A DNA stretch of 64,000 bases, taken from the NCBI GenBank assembly GCA_965287045.1, contig OZ336877.1, forward strand, positions 620,001 through 684,000, in the 5' to 3' direction. Made by a program: the position numbers and the translations under genes. Within the stretch, counting starts at the first letter, position 1. The number at the start of each line of letters is the position of its first letter. The notes beneath the pieces are model-generated. The model did not search any database. It was not told the origin of the DNA and saw only the letters and a list, made by a program, of their open reading frames with translations. This stretch comes from Carcharhinus amblyrhynchos. Its lineage: Eukaryota. Positions 23,230 to 35,745 of this stretch are shown one piece after another.

Positions 23230-24895
23230 ATGGTAACTCAGCTGTGCACCGGGCCAAATAGGACAGAAAGGCCCTCAAACAGAGACAGTTATGTTAATAA
23301 GTGTGGAAAACAGATATAACTGATTTGAAAGTGGAGAAAGACAACGCACTTGGGAAAGTGATAAAAGACGTTTACATCGAAGGAGTGCTAGAGGGATTAA
23401 GAATCGTTGTTTCCGATGCAATTTCCCCAAACCGCTACGTTGTAAACCGTCCAAAAAAAAACATTGGGTCTTTGAAACTACATGTGAAACAGAATAGGTG
23501 GAAACTGACAGTGACACAGAAAAGGATCAGGAAGGCATGGTTTTGGTGGCAGAAAAGTTGAGACTGAAAATGAACATCCTGACGATAGACTCAACCGTGC
23601 TGTTTTAGATAGAGGATATACATCCACTGTCTGTGGCCAAGATTGGCTAATTTGTTGTTTAGGGTCTCTTGATCACAAAGTCTGAAATAGAGCAGAAGAA
23701 CACGATAGTTCCATCTGTTTTAGATTTGGAGATGACAACACTTTAATGTCCTCCTGTAGGATTGTGGGAATCAGTTTATTCACAAGTATAGATGTAATTT
23801 CTATTGATATTAAGCAGGTCTGAGATGAAGAAAGCTCAGCTGAACATTAGTTTGAAATAGGATAAAGCCGTGGGATTTGGGAAAACTTTGCAACATCTGA
23901 TCATTATTGTCTTTTCTTAAGTGATCCAAAATTATCAGACCAAAGGATTTATGACCCATTAGTGTTGCTAACAGACAACAGCACGATGAACAAAAAGAAG
24001 ATTACTCTGAAACTCCATTAGCAGTTTGATCATCCGGCACCACAGAGACTGGGAGCACTGCTGCAGGAGACAGGTGGGCTGGATAAAGAATAAAGAATAG
24101 AATAATCTCATACAGCAAATATCAGCCCAGTATGAAATTTGCATAAAATATAGAAGGACACTCCCGCGTCCAGTTGTGAGTCTACCATTAGCACGACATT
24201 TCAATGATGTGGTGGTGATGGATATGGGACAAGGTCAAAGGCGTCTACCTATTGCACCTTGTGGACACGGCCACCCGGTTTAGCACATCCACAGCAATGA
24301 TAAAATTATAACCCACTGGATTGGAAAAGGTTTGGGGACACCATCTAAATTTTTGACAGTGGGTGCGAATTCGCAAATAATGAGTTGCAAGATATGTGCA
24401 AAAATTTAAACATGTTAATAATGTGCACTGCAGCAGAGATTCCATTCAGCAATGGTCTCTGTGAAAGGAATCACGCGGATATAGATAACACATTGCATAA
24501 AACTTTGGTGCATCAACCGGGCTGTAATGTCAGATTGCGTTAATATGGGCGGTGCAGGTTAAAAAGTCTTTGGAGATGGTGGGGGGCTATAGTCCATACC
24601 AGTCGGTATACAGGAGGAATCTAATGTTGTCATCAGTATTAATAGATGCTTCTCTGGCGGTAAAAGGGACAAGCATTCGCTCCATGTTTTCTGTGCGCTT
24701 ATACACTCTGCATGCAGGGAGAAAGGCCTTCATTAAAGCTGAGTATTCAGAATGGATCAGAAGAGCCCTAAAACATCACAGTGGAGGTATACTTTGTGAA
24801 AGGGAATAGGATCTACTATAAAAGAGAGGGCCAAAAGGAAGTATGAAACTTTTGGAAAGTTATTGTCTACTTTCGGGAGACAGCATTTTAAACTG
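23230..24895 (+). mobile_element. Ty1/copia LTR retrotransposon relic, GalEa-like (gag knuckle, protease, integrase)
   Basis: RCFRCN knuckle remnant at about 23405. Protease LNRAVLDRGYTSTVCGQDWL at about 23590, then FRFGDDN. Integrase KLH*QFDHPA, EICIKYRRTLPRPVVSLPLARHFNDVVVMD, EFANNEL...AAEIPFSNGLCERNHA and GYSPYQSVYRRN...ALKH. Protease is followed directly by integrase (copia order). Confidence 0.8.
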
Positions 24896-24929
24896 ATGAT
24901 TTAGGGAACATGTTGTAGCTTTAATCCGT

Positions 24930-24982
24930 TACACACACATGCAAGCAAGCACACACTCACACTCACACACATACACACACAC
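24930..24982. repeat. Imperfect (CA)n microsatellite
   Basis: Interrupted CA runs. Confidence 0.8.
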
Positions 24983-25094
24983 AGAGCACTCAGATTAGCA
25001 CAAGGAGGCTTGCACTGGGCACATATACACAGATCTTGCAAAAATAACCATCCAAATTAAAAAAAACTACAATTATCGATCATTGCAGAGAAAG

Positions 25095-25220
25095 TTTTCT
25101 CTGAAAGACGTGCCAGTTAGGTGCATTGACCTGAACAGGCGCCTGAGTATGGTGACTAGGGGAATTTCACAGTAACTTCATTGCAGTGTTAATGTAAGCC
25201 TACTTGTGACTAATAAATTT
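25095..25220 (+). mobile_element. 3' part of a V-SINE variant with the non-CR1 tail
   Basis: gaaagacgtg..ggtgcattg..gaacaggcgcc..ttcacagtaacttcattgcagtgttaatgtaagcctacttgtgactaataaa matches the tail of 52565-52838. Confidence 0.75.
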
Positions 25221-25690
25221 CAAAACTAGAAAGGAATGTGATCCCAGATCCTTGATTACACAGAATCACCCCATTGCTGATCAAGGTGACACTATCACAT
25301 GTTAATGTGTGTTTGCAGCTATCGTCTGTTTCTTCACATCAGCAGAAACAGCTACAACGTTTTGAAGGTGTAGTGGCAAGTTTTGCAAATACAGGTGACA
25401 AGAGGGAGAAGGCCTTATTTCCACACTGTGGAGGTAAAGATTGGAAAATATCTTGGAAACAGTTATGCCTCAGCAAAATGACTACAACACGGCAGAAAAA
25501 TGCATTAACAACCTATTTCACACCAAGAACACAATATACAAACCAATTTTCTTCCAATCTACTCAGCAAGAAGAAAACAAGAAAATTGATCAATGTTGTA
25601 CACGATTGAGGTCATGAAAACCACATATGACATTTGTTATTTTGAACAGGTCAAACAGGAAACAAAACACAAATAATCAAAGGTCTCTTA

Positions 25691-26340
25691 TGGTAATGTG
25701 GCCCCTTTGGGGGAGGGGGCGCTAATACTTCACAAACCACATGACAGGGCTAGAGCCAATGGAGCATCAACGTGTGAACCTGGGCCAATCGGGAGTCAGA
25801 GTGAGCGATCCCCGGGGCTGGAGGATGTCAGTTGAAGTTAGGGTACCGTTACCAGTAAACTTGAATTGTTGTGCAGTTAAACCCTTCATTGGTTTAGTTA
25901 CTCTTATTAATAAATCCTTTAGTTAGTTGTTTGCCAAAATGAATCACCTCAGGTTATTACAGTGGTGACACGAAGCTATGTGGGAAAGGTAAAGACAAGA
26001 TGAGCTGTGAAGGCGGATTGGGGACTTGTTTCACTGTACCACACATGGGGTGATGGACCCTACACCAGGAGTTACATGGTATCTATCCTGGCCAGAGTAG
26101 AATAAGGAGCATTGGATAGAAGTTCTGCCTGGTGGCCTGGCATTAACAGAGACATTGAAGGAATAGTTGGGCGGTGTGAAAGTGTCAGACTCAGCAAGTG
26201 TTACCATCTCCAGCGAGGCCATAAAATCCCATCCTATCTGCTCCCAGCTGTAACCAATGGAGATGAAGATTTCCTAATGTCACAAAACAGATGGAAAAGG
26301 AGCTTCCGTGTCTACTCGATCCTGACATTATTCAGGAAAT
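25691..26340 (+). mobile_element. Gypsy-type element B: LTR, PBS and heavily deleted interior
   Basis: LTR-like 25691-25961 with CCAAT boxes, aataaa and a ttattaca end, then a tggtgac PBS-like start. RSSAWWPGINRDIEGIVGRCES matches the integrase zinc-binding region. Confidence 0.65.
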
Positions 26341-26944
26341 TGGGAATAAGTCTACTGTTTCGGTAACGTCTTTCCAATTTGTCGAGAAATCCAGGAACAA
26401 GAACTAGCTTATCGGTGTTGATGTGCGATCAGCAGACGAATTCATACAATGACAGAAACATTTAACAATCGATGATGTTGTAAAGAAAGTGGATGGCACT
26501 AAACACTTCCTTAACTTCACCTCAATGCGGGCTGCCATCAGATGGAGCTCGTAAAAGAATCAAGATCTCTTGCAGTTTTCTCCACTCACGTTGACTCTGG
26601 CTCAACTTTGGAGACGATTTAACAGCTGAGGTATTTCAACACATTATCCCCACTGCAATTCCAAAACTAGAAGGAATATCAGTGATGATATTCTCAACCT
26701 CATTCTCAATTGCATTGAAAGAAAACTTGCTGCGTACATTCCTCCGACATTCTGAGGAATGGAACTTCCTCTTGAACATGTTCTTGTTCAATGAACGAAG
26801 AATTGAATTCTTTGGTCACAGCTGTGAAGAAGTATTATCTAATCCACACAAGGTTTAAGCCGTTACAAATGATACGGGTCCTAGAAACGTACAAAGGACT
26901 AAAACAATTCACTACACTATCCTCAGCAGCTTTACGTACCACGC

Positions 26945-28430
26945 CTGTAACCACACAGGTAACCACCAGGACCTGGTGAACTTGAATCTGCATTTAACAG
27001 GTTTGAGCTTCAACTATGTGATCCTGACTCTGTCCAGGGCCAAGCATCGATGTGCATCATGTTCTTGCATTGTCCAACCCAAGACCAGGATGTCGTCAAC
27101 AATGATTTCACGAGGTTACTCTGCAAAGAGCAGTTCTATTGACCGTTGGAAAACCTCACTACCAGTTGAGATGCCATGGGGCAGGTGGAGGAACTGTATC
27201 TGCCCACCAGATACATGAAGGTAGTGAGCTACAAAGATGCGATCCAATGAGATTTACCAAAATCTGCACTTTGCATCCAGGATGCTAAACATCTGAGCAT
27301 TGGGTATGTCAGCTATGACCTGCTCGACTCTCTTCATAGGATGGGGCCAGGGTGGGTGTGCAATTCTCAGAGAGCTTTATATTGTTGAAATGTGTCAGTG
27401 CAGATCCTGGCTGCAACCTCTCTTTACTGTCGCATGAACCCACTTGTCTATGGGGGCTATAGGGGATATTCAAGTTATTGACTACCTTCTGCTTCAGCAA
27501 AGGGGCACTAGTCCTGGATCACAGTCATCCAGCCTCATGCAATATATGACAGGCTGCTTCCCAATAAAATCACATTCAAACAAGTCTTTGTACGCCACTT
27601 GTTCCCCTGATAAAGTCAACATCTTCACAGTAGAATGTTTAAAGGTGTTTGATACCTCAGTTGCTCTGTTTTACCTCCAACTCATTCACTTTCATCACGT
27701 TTTGAACCTTGGAGGGGTACCCAGCAACCTGGCAATCAGTTCTGATAGTGGCAAGTTGCTGTGGCTTTGATCCGCAACACTTGGCAAAGTGATTCCATTT
27801 GCCACAGTTATTGCAACGCTTATTAAATGCTTCTTTGATGTGGATGCTGCCTGCTGCAGTTTGAGCAGGATGTGTTCTGAACCAAGAAAAGTTCTATTTC
27901 TTTCCTTAATTGCATCCCCCTTTCAGACTGCTCTCTTAGCACGCAGATACTCCTGGTCGATTCTTATGTGAAGCTTTCTCTGGAGCAACTGCTTGCACAC
28001 AGAATCATTGCGTATTCCACACACTATGTGGTAACTTATGAGTTCGTTAGTAAGAGTATATGCACGTTTTTGCCAGAATTATCAGTGTTGAGGATACGAT
28101 TATACAGATTGATCAGGTTTCTGATGAGTGTTGAAAAGCTATCTGGCCGTGATGACTTTTTTTTTACAGACATGCATATCTGTTCACATTTTTTTAATAA
28201 TACTTCAGGGTTCTCTTGGTTTTCCTCCACTTGGAAGATGAAGGATGCTGCTGCAAAGTGTAGGAATAATGGCAAAGGATGACAACCTAAATTCTCAATT
28301 ACAAGATCTTCAGCAACTCATGCTTATAGTTAGACTGGTGACTCCCATGCCACTGATACATTACTTCCTGTGTGTAAGTCATGGTGATATATACATTCTA
28401 CACTGATCTCACTGTGTCATCTGCCCCCTA
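26945..28430 (-). mobile_element. Ty3/gypsy element C (gag and RT relic) inserted antisense into element A
   Basis: Reverse strand: gag ENPEVLLKKCEQIC...IVCGIRNDSVCKQLL, CCHC knuckle CNNCGKWNHFAKC (about 27775-27820), and RT FSILDAK, LPHGISTGSEVFQR, IIVDDILV, LKLKPVKC. Confidence 0.8.
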
Positions 28431-28871
28431 CATGATCTGACAAAAGGGATCACTAAATGGGTGTGGACCACATCACACAACCAACTGTGCACCAGATCAA
28501 ACAACGGTTATCATTAATTGCACAAATGCCTATTTCAACCCTGAGAAAACGATCCAGCTAGTCGTGGATAAAAGCCTGCTGGGTTTGGTGCAGCTCTTTT
28601 GCAGAGAACCAAAATGGTTACCCCCCAATTATTGAGATGGCAAGAAGATCACTAATGCCCATAGAACAACATCTTTCACAAACAGATAAAATGCATTCCC
28701 AATCACATTGGGCATCTTAAACTTTACTTGCGTAGAAGGAAGTTTAAAGTATTAACTGATCGTAGAACCCCGAGTAAGCTTGTTCATCAATCCACGCGAC
28801 TGATTGTACTTGAATACAGATGTTGGATACTCAAACCGTAAGAGTAGGATTTCCATGTTGACTGTCAACCG

Positions 28872-29635
28872 GGCAAGTAACATTCACATCACGTAAGTGC
28901 CAGGCAATCACTCTTCAATAAGAGAGAATCTGATAATATACCTCTGACATTCATTGGCATTATCGTAGCTGAACTCCCCACTATCAACATCCTGAGGGTT
29001 TCCATTGACCAGAAACTAAACTGAACAAGTCATATAAATACTGTGGCCACAAGAGCAGCTCAGAGACTGGGAATTCTCTGGACAGTAATTCACTTTGACT
29101 TTCCAATGCCTGTCCACCATCTACAAGACTCAAGTCAGGAGTGTGATGCATAAATCTCCACTTCCCTGGATGAGTGCAGTTCCAACAACACTTAAGGACA
29201 ATGCAGCACACTTCACTCAAATTCCATTCACCGCATTGAACATCCGCTCCACCACCAATGGTATACAATAGCAGCAGTGTGCACCACTTACAAGAAGCAT
29301 TGCGGTAACTTACCGAGGCTGCCTCAACAGCTTCTTCCAAATTTGTGACTTATAAGATTTAAAAAGATAAGGGCGGTAGATATGTGGGAACAGCACCATC
29401 TGCAAGTTCGCCTCCAACTCACACACCATCCTGACTTGGAATTACACTGCCGTTCCTTCACTGACACAGAGTTAAAATTGTGGAAGTATCCTCCTAAGCA
29501 GCATTGTGGGTGTACCTACATCACATGGACTGCAGCAGTTCAAGAAGGCAGCTCACCACCACCTTCTCAGGGGCAATGGGATAAGCAATACAAGTGTTCA
29601 CTTATCCAGTGACATCCACATTCATTAAATTTTTT
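28872..29635 (+). mobile_element. CR1/L2-superfamily LINE 3' fragment (distinct from HER1-like CR1)
   Basis: Decayed KCQAIT..NKRES, PTINIL.VSIDQKLN*TSHINTVATRAAQRLGIL and STIYKTQVRSVM motifs, with a 3' UTR ending in an A/T-rich tail. Same family as 58790-59710. Confidence 0.8.
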
Positions 29636-31039
29636 GATTAAAAACTCAAATCAGCAGACTGTTTTTCATGACATTCATTGTCGACAGTCAGTCTGACAAC
29701 TTCTTACCATTTAAGTCTAAAAATGGTGCCAAAATCACTAAAATTAGCTGAGATCAAAGTGGCAAAAGAACAAGATGAGACATTGCAGCGACACCTGACA
29801 GCTGTGGAAGCACGAAATGTGAAAGATGTGATCAGAATATCCACACTCTCACATTTCAACATCTTCACAACCTTCAAAATGAGCTCACCGTTACAATCAA
29901 CTCAGATCTTGTGTTATGCAGCAATTTGTTTTATCGTTCCACACTCATTGTTGCAGATACAGCGCAGCGATGTTCCAGGAAATTGACAAAGTCAAACAGC
30001 TCCTTCGGGAATGATACGGTCAGCAGAGATTGGTCGCATTATAGAGCACGACATCAATCAGTGCTTGGCGTGACAAACAATCACAACGTTAAATCTTTGT
30101 GATCCTCTCCGGATGTCTGAACTACCTTGAATCCCATGGATTGAAGTTAGCATTGATTTTACAATTCGCCAACAGGTGGACAACTGCTTGTTGTCACTGA
30201 TGGTGAAAGCAGATACCCCAGTTATGGGAATAGTTACACACGTACCTCAACAAAAGCCATCACCCAATATCGAGAGCTGATTGTTACATTGTTTGGAGCC
30301 CCTCAGATGGTGACGTATGACGATGGACATTGACCCCCCACCTCAGTCCCAATCCCTCCAATTCAATAGCAATAAGTTCAAAGAATTACCTGGGTTTTGC
30401 TCACCAAATATTAACACACTCTTAGCCAAGATCTAAAGGTGGGGTCGCCAGATGTGCGCACGCCTTGAAAAATGTGGCATGTACAGTTTCAGCTGGGAAC
30501 AAGTCGTGAAAGAAGGAATCGTATCACTTTCTTTGCAATTATGGAGTAATTCCTGATTCGAGGCCTGGAAATGATCCAGCTGCACTCACGTCCTTCTGCA
30601 CTAACCTGAGTTACCCTGCACAATTAATGCTCAACATACATACAAACTCAATCGAGCACAGAGAAATCAAATGTAGAACAAAATGTGAAATTTAAAGCTA
30701 CAATGACTCTCATTTACCAGATGTGGAGTGGGAGGGGAATCAGACCACAAGATTTCAACAGACCTTATCCATTTTCCTTGAGTGTTTACACCTCATTTAT
30801 AATTTTATGGTTCACACATTGAGGCCCCTGTGAGAGTGAAGACTTGTTTGAACTCAGCACTAATGTCAAATAGCCCAGCTGAGTCCAGCTTTCCCACCTC
30901 TGTGAATAACATTCCACTTCTTTCCCCCTTCCAACAAAAAGGGAATCTTTTCAAAATGGGGGAGGGACTTCCACATCTGGATCCCGCTGCCCATTTTTAG
31001 ACTCTTCCAGATTTGACCAATTTCTCATGGAAATCCAGC

Positions 31040-31400
31040 CTTATGCTTTTTATCCAGTTTTAGACTCTCCATTGGTGAATACAACCTCTCAACATCTACC
31101 CTTACAATTCCTCGAAGAATGTTATACAGTTTAATGAGATCACCTCTAATTCGACCAAACATTAGATAGTAAATGCTAAGATTGCTCATCGAACTTCATG
31201 GGGCAACTCTCTCGCTCCAGGAATCGACCGAGTGGACGACCGTTGTGTCGTATCCTCGACTAGTAAATGTTGAGGTTAAAAGATCAAAAATGTGCACAGT
31301 ACCCTAGTTGTGGTTTCACTAAAGCCATGTTTAATTGCAGCAAGACTTCCTGACTATTAAACGTCGAGTGAGAAAGGCTAATTTCTTGCTGGGTCTAAAT
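31040..31400 (-). mobile_element. Old CR1 fragment
   Basis: Decayed atgagatcacctct, aaaatgtgcacagtaccctagttgtggtttcact and gcagcaagacttcc. Confidence 0.65.
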
Positions 31401-31825
31401 GTCTTACTGCCATTCATGCATCTAAAACTTCAGGGAGATATTTATACCTTCTGCCAATTTATTTTGCTGCTCTGTCTCACAGCCAGGTGATTATTATTAG
31501 CCAGAAAGTTTGCAACCTTCAGGTATTGTCCAATGTTTAAAAATAATGCTGAGTTGTAATCGGCAGTAATTCACTTAAAAGATTTATTTAGTTAGAGTGG
31601 TCATTCCAGTGATTGACAGGCAGGTTTTATGGAATGGTTTATGTTTCTACAATAAGCGCAGTCAGTAATTTCAGAATGGTTAGCCCTTGAATGACAACTA
31701 ACTCTCTCACTTTAATGCAGATTTTCAAAAGAAATGATGATCGTTCTATGTTATTGCAATAACGGTCTGTTCAGAAATCTTTTCAGCACAGTTAAATAAT
31801 TCCTCATGATTTAGGCTCGACTGGA

Positions 31826-32152
31826 TCATAGAAATCCTACAGTGCAGAAAGAGGCCATTCGGCCCATCGAGTCTGCACCGACCGCAATCCCACCCAGGCC
31901 CGACCTCCACATATTACCCGCTAATCCCTCAAACCTACACAAATCAGGAACACTGAGGGGCAATTTTAGCACGGCCAATCAACCTGACCCACATATCTTT
32001 GGACTGTGGGAGGAAACTGGAACGCCCGGAGGAAACCCACGCAGACACGAGGAGAACGTGCAAACTCCACAGACAGTGACCCGAGCCGGGAATCGAACCC
32101 AGGTCCCTGGAGCTGTGAAGCAGCAGTGCTATCCCACTGTGCTACCGTGCTG
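31826..32152 (-). mobile_element. HE1-type V-SINE, well preserved
   Basis: Intact B-box (reverse complement ggttcgattcc), V-domain and tail. Confidence 0.95.
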
Positions 32153-33004
32153 CTGTGTTTATTACTCAGACACCAAAAGTATAACAGCTATTCTGATTAC
32201 ACAGTGGATTCATCAACCCGGTTTCTTGCAGACCCAAGATGATCAAACACGGCCTCTGTAGATGTTGAACTGTCAATTGTCGTGCATTATATTGAAACTA
32301 GTTCCTTCTCACCCAAAACTCCAGGTTCGGCATAGCTGCTGCCTCGATGGTTTAACTGTTAAGCAGATAATATTGCAAAAGTACAGGATGATCGAAACAA
32401 TCTCAAATGTTTACATGATACTCCTTGGGAACTTCCATTGTTCGCCGTACATGGGATATAGCCAACATGTCTGTTATTTGCTATTCCCACTGTTCTAACT
32501 GTTCGTTCACATTGTTACTCTGGGCCTGAAACAAGGTATGGAGATGCCGGTGTTGGAATGTGAGACTTCTTCCTCAACAAGGACTGAGGTGACCAGAGGC
32601 AATGGGATTGCCAGGGCCAACAGTAAGTCGGGAGCAGTAGAGGCAGTAATAACAGTAGTCAGGGAATCAGGGAGAGAGGCTCAATTTCACACACATTACT
32701 ATCTCAGGAGGCAGTGGGCAGAATTTTATGACAAAAGTTCCAAGTGTCCATCTGGCACGAAAATGGGAGAGTTGCAGATCCGTTTTTGGGGTGAGTTTCT
32801 ATTCCCAATCTGACGCACAGTGTATTAAAAAGCATTGTAGCCAAACAGGCCGTCTAAAATGGCATTTTGTAAAGCACTCTGGGACAACCGGGCAAGAAAC
32901 TAAACCGACAGGCTGCAGTTTAAAGACAGACAAACAGGCTGCAACCCTGATGAGTGAATACACAGGATATGGGCCATCTCCAGGATGAAAGAGACTTTCT
33001 GGCT

Positions 33005-33130
33005 AATCTGGCTAAGTCAGGGGTTCTATTTGTAGATACGCAGGGTAGAATAGGTGTAGGGTGATGTGGCGGCGCGGGCTTGTTGGGCCAAAGGGCCTGT
33101 TTCCCGTGCTGGGTTGTTCTTTGTTCTTTC
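33005..33130 (+). mobile_element. Short element with CR1-type tail (second copy)
   Basis: Near-identical to the reverse complement of 8449-8583. Confidence 0.8.
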
Positions 33131-33193
33131 TGGTCACACTGGGTTGTGTACCAGACAGAGCGGCATCGTGAATCCTTATTTAGGAGGAAGGTA

Positions 33194-33766
33194 TGTGACC
33201 TATGTGTCTACAACACATACAGGCATGGCCACCGGGGACACACCCAGAGATCGGTGTGGTAGCACCTGATTGGACTCTTATCGATCAGGGTGATCAAGTC
33301 CTGATCAATTGATTGGCAATGGCCAAAAAAGGGGCGTGAAACCAAACGGGGTATAAAGGATGCTGCACAACCAGGAATCTCTCTCTCTCTCTGATCCCAC
33401 GAACGAGCTACAACAATGGTGAACATCGCCAGCAAGAGGACAGCCACCACACCCGAGAAGGAATAAAGAGAGACTACAGCCAGAATGCCAGACCAGAGCA
33501 AAGGACCAAACTACACAGACAACTACCCAGACCAGCACACAGATACAGGCCAGTATCTGTTTGGGTATTTGTCAGTCACGCAAAGTTAACTCAAGGTCTT
33601 ATATTGTACTTGAATTCTGGTATTTCCTGTAAGATAACTTATTTTTGGTCGGGTGGGTGATTATCGATTGTGTGGGTTTAAATAGATATTGTTTGTACTA
33701 ATAAGACGTCTACTCAAAGTTATTTGTCCGCTGTATAAGGGTTAAAACAGACTGATTTTTACAACA
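33194..33766 (+). mobile_element. Candidate solo LTR
   Basis: TGTGAC...TACAACA termini, two gattgg boxes, ggggcgtg, a TATA-like ggtataaagg at about 33351 and aataaa. No clean TSD. Confidence 0.55.
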
Positions 33767-33800
33767 GCATGCTGAACGGCTCCTATCTTCTCCAGGCAGT

Positions 33801-33840
33801 GGGCGGGGCTAAATTTACTAGCTAACAGCAGAGGGCGCTA
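33801..33840 (+). promoter_or_regulatory. GC box plus CTCF-like motif
   Basis: gggcggggc at 33801, and aacagcagagggcgcta at 33824-33840 close to the CTCF core CCASYAGRKGGCRS. Confidence 0.45.
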
Positions 33841-34639
33841 TTACACCTATGCGGACCTCAGTGTCTGCACGTGCGCAATTCCAGCAGCAGAGGCCTGACA
33901 CAGAGAGGAATCTGTCAGGCCTTTGCTATTGCAGCCAATGTTAATCCAGCACCCCTGACATCTCCTCCGCCAGCCACAGGTGTTATGTCCCCTCCCCCAC
34001 TAATCATACTTTTCCTTTCATCACCGCTCATTGGCAGAGTGGGAGCAGGACCCCTCCTCTCCCGCCGATCACCTGCAGAGTGGTAGTGCCCTCTCCACTG
34101 CTCCGGCTTTAGGGTTAGGGTTAACGTTAACCCGAACGCAGAGTGGCAACGCTCCCCTCGGTCGGACTGCTCTGGCCTGGCCTCACCCTCTTTCAGGCCC
34201 TCCCCTTCAGCCCCCTCCTCACCCATTCAGACCCCATCTCTTCAGACGCCGCCCCATAGGCTCTGCCCCTTCAGGCTCTGCACTGGTGGGCAGTACCGGG
34301 GTGCCTGGTGGGTGATGCCAGGCTGGCACCGCCCAAGGAGCACTTCCCTTTTCCCTCAGCCTCCCCAGGTCCTCAATGGCCTACCGGTGAGGACAACGCA
34401 AATGTTCCCCCACGTGAGGCACACTAAACGTATGGAAATTATGTTTTACGTAAATTTAAATAATTTATTCAGCCTTTTTACAAAAATGGGCAAGTAGCTG
34501 ACCGTGACAGAAATCCAATTCCAGTCAGGTCGTGAGAGCTGGGAAATCGGGCACAGTCCTGATTTCTTGGCTCTCAGGCAAATTTACTGGCTTACTCTGC
34601 CAGGCAAATCAGTAAAACCACAACCAGTGTGTCACACCG

Positions 34640-35745
34640 GTTGGTGTTTGACTTTTGAAGATGCTGGATCAAGATCTATTGCCGACTGGAGCTGTGGGCC
34701 ACCCATTCAGTCAGATCCAATGCTGCCACAACGGTGCACTGTGCCGTCAGTACATTGCAGGTTTCCTGCTGCTGCTCTAGAGGTTTCCTGTGCACTGATT
34801 TGTCCCCTGGGGTATAACGTTAACATCCAGTTGGCAGCACTTGAAAACTCTTGTGACCTCTGACAAGAACTCCTCGCTGCTGTCTCTGACTCCACCATCT
34901 GTTCTCGTGTACTTGTGAAGTGTAAATCACCGTGTGAAAAGTCAAATATCCTTCAAAATTCTTGCACTGAGGTGTAAATATCTGAGCTGGTGATTATCTG
35001 TATAAACTCTGGGTGAGTGAAACTTCAGAGGGAGTGTCTGATAGTGACCGAGACCACTTCCTGGTCAGTACACAAAGACCCTGTGGAAGAAATGTCAGGG
35101 TAAGAAATTTGAAGTTGCCTTATTTCATAATCAAATCAAACCAACATGCTCTGTGTCCTGTGGCTGGCTAATTATTTCATCCTGACACCAGATCCACCAG
35201 CCTGACGTGTCAACTCTCTCCTGATATCTATCACCTGCTCCACTGAAGGAGAAATGGAGAATTTCCTCTGGTTCTCTGTTCCCGTTGTACGTACTCCTCT
35301 TCTCCGAGGAAAGAAGGTAGATCCCTTGTGATCGAGAACCATGGCATGTGTTCGCCGGATAGACGGAGTATATTTGTTGAGGGAGAAACATCACATTGAA
35401 GAGTGAGGGCATGTCAATGATAGACAGGGACAGATGAGGATAAAATGGAATACGTAAGATAGAGGGAAGAGTGTGCCTGCAAAAGGATACTGAAATGCTG
35501 GAGCAGGCAGAGTGAGGGCTGGGGGTTACTGGCACATTCAAGCGTTCGGTCAATGTGCCTTTTTGTTCACCTTTCCTACCTTGCTTATGATCATCCCAAG
35601 ATTGCAAGAACATTGATCCACAATCCTGCTCCAACTGTGCTGTATTTGTTTCTCCTGCAGGCTTTTTCTTCCCGTCACAGGGGAAGACCATTTCTCTCTA
35701 GCCCTTACAGCCTCGAACAGAACATCCAGCAAAGATGGAACTGAA
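34640..35745 (-). pseudogene. Harbinger Myb/SANT-like gene relic
   Basis: Frameshifted LDVLFEAVRARE / MVFPCDGKKKPAGETNTAQLE at 35560-35740, and a downstream TSSDIYTSV motif resembling PSTSTDTHTS at 61530. Confidence 0.65.

Larger units (their letters stand above)
25260..30720 (+). mobile_element. Ty3/gypsy element A (gag-RT-RNaseH-INT relic), split by three later insertions
   Basis: gag LQRFE...DKREKALFPHCGG...NALTTYFTP (25300-25620). RT NAGCHQMELVKESR, LNFG...AEVFQHII, ISDDIL, RIEFFGH (26400-26930). RNaseH AYFNPEKTIQLVVD, KFKVLTD (28500-28880). INT PWIEVSIDF, LLVVTDGESRYP, FGAPQMVTYDDG (29640-30330). Confidence 0.8.
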
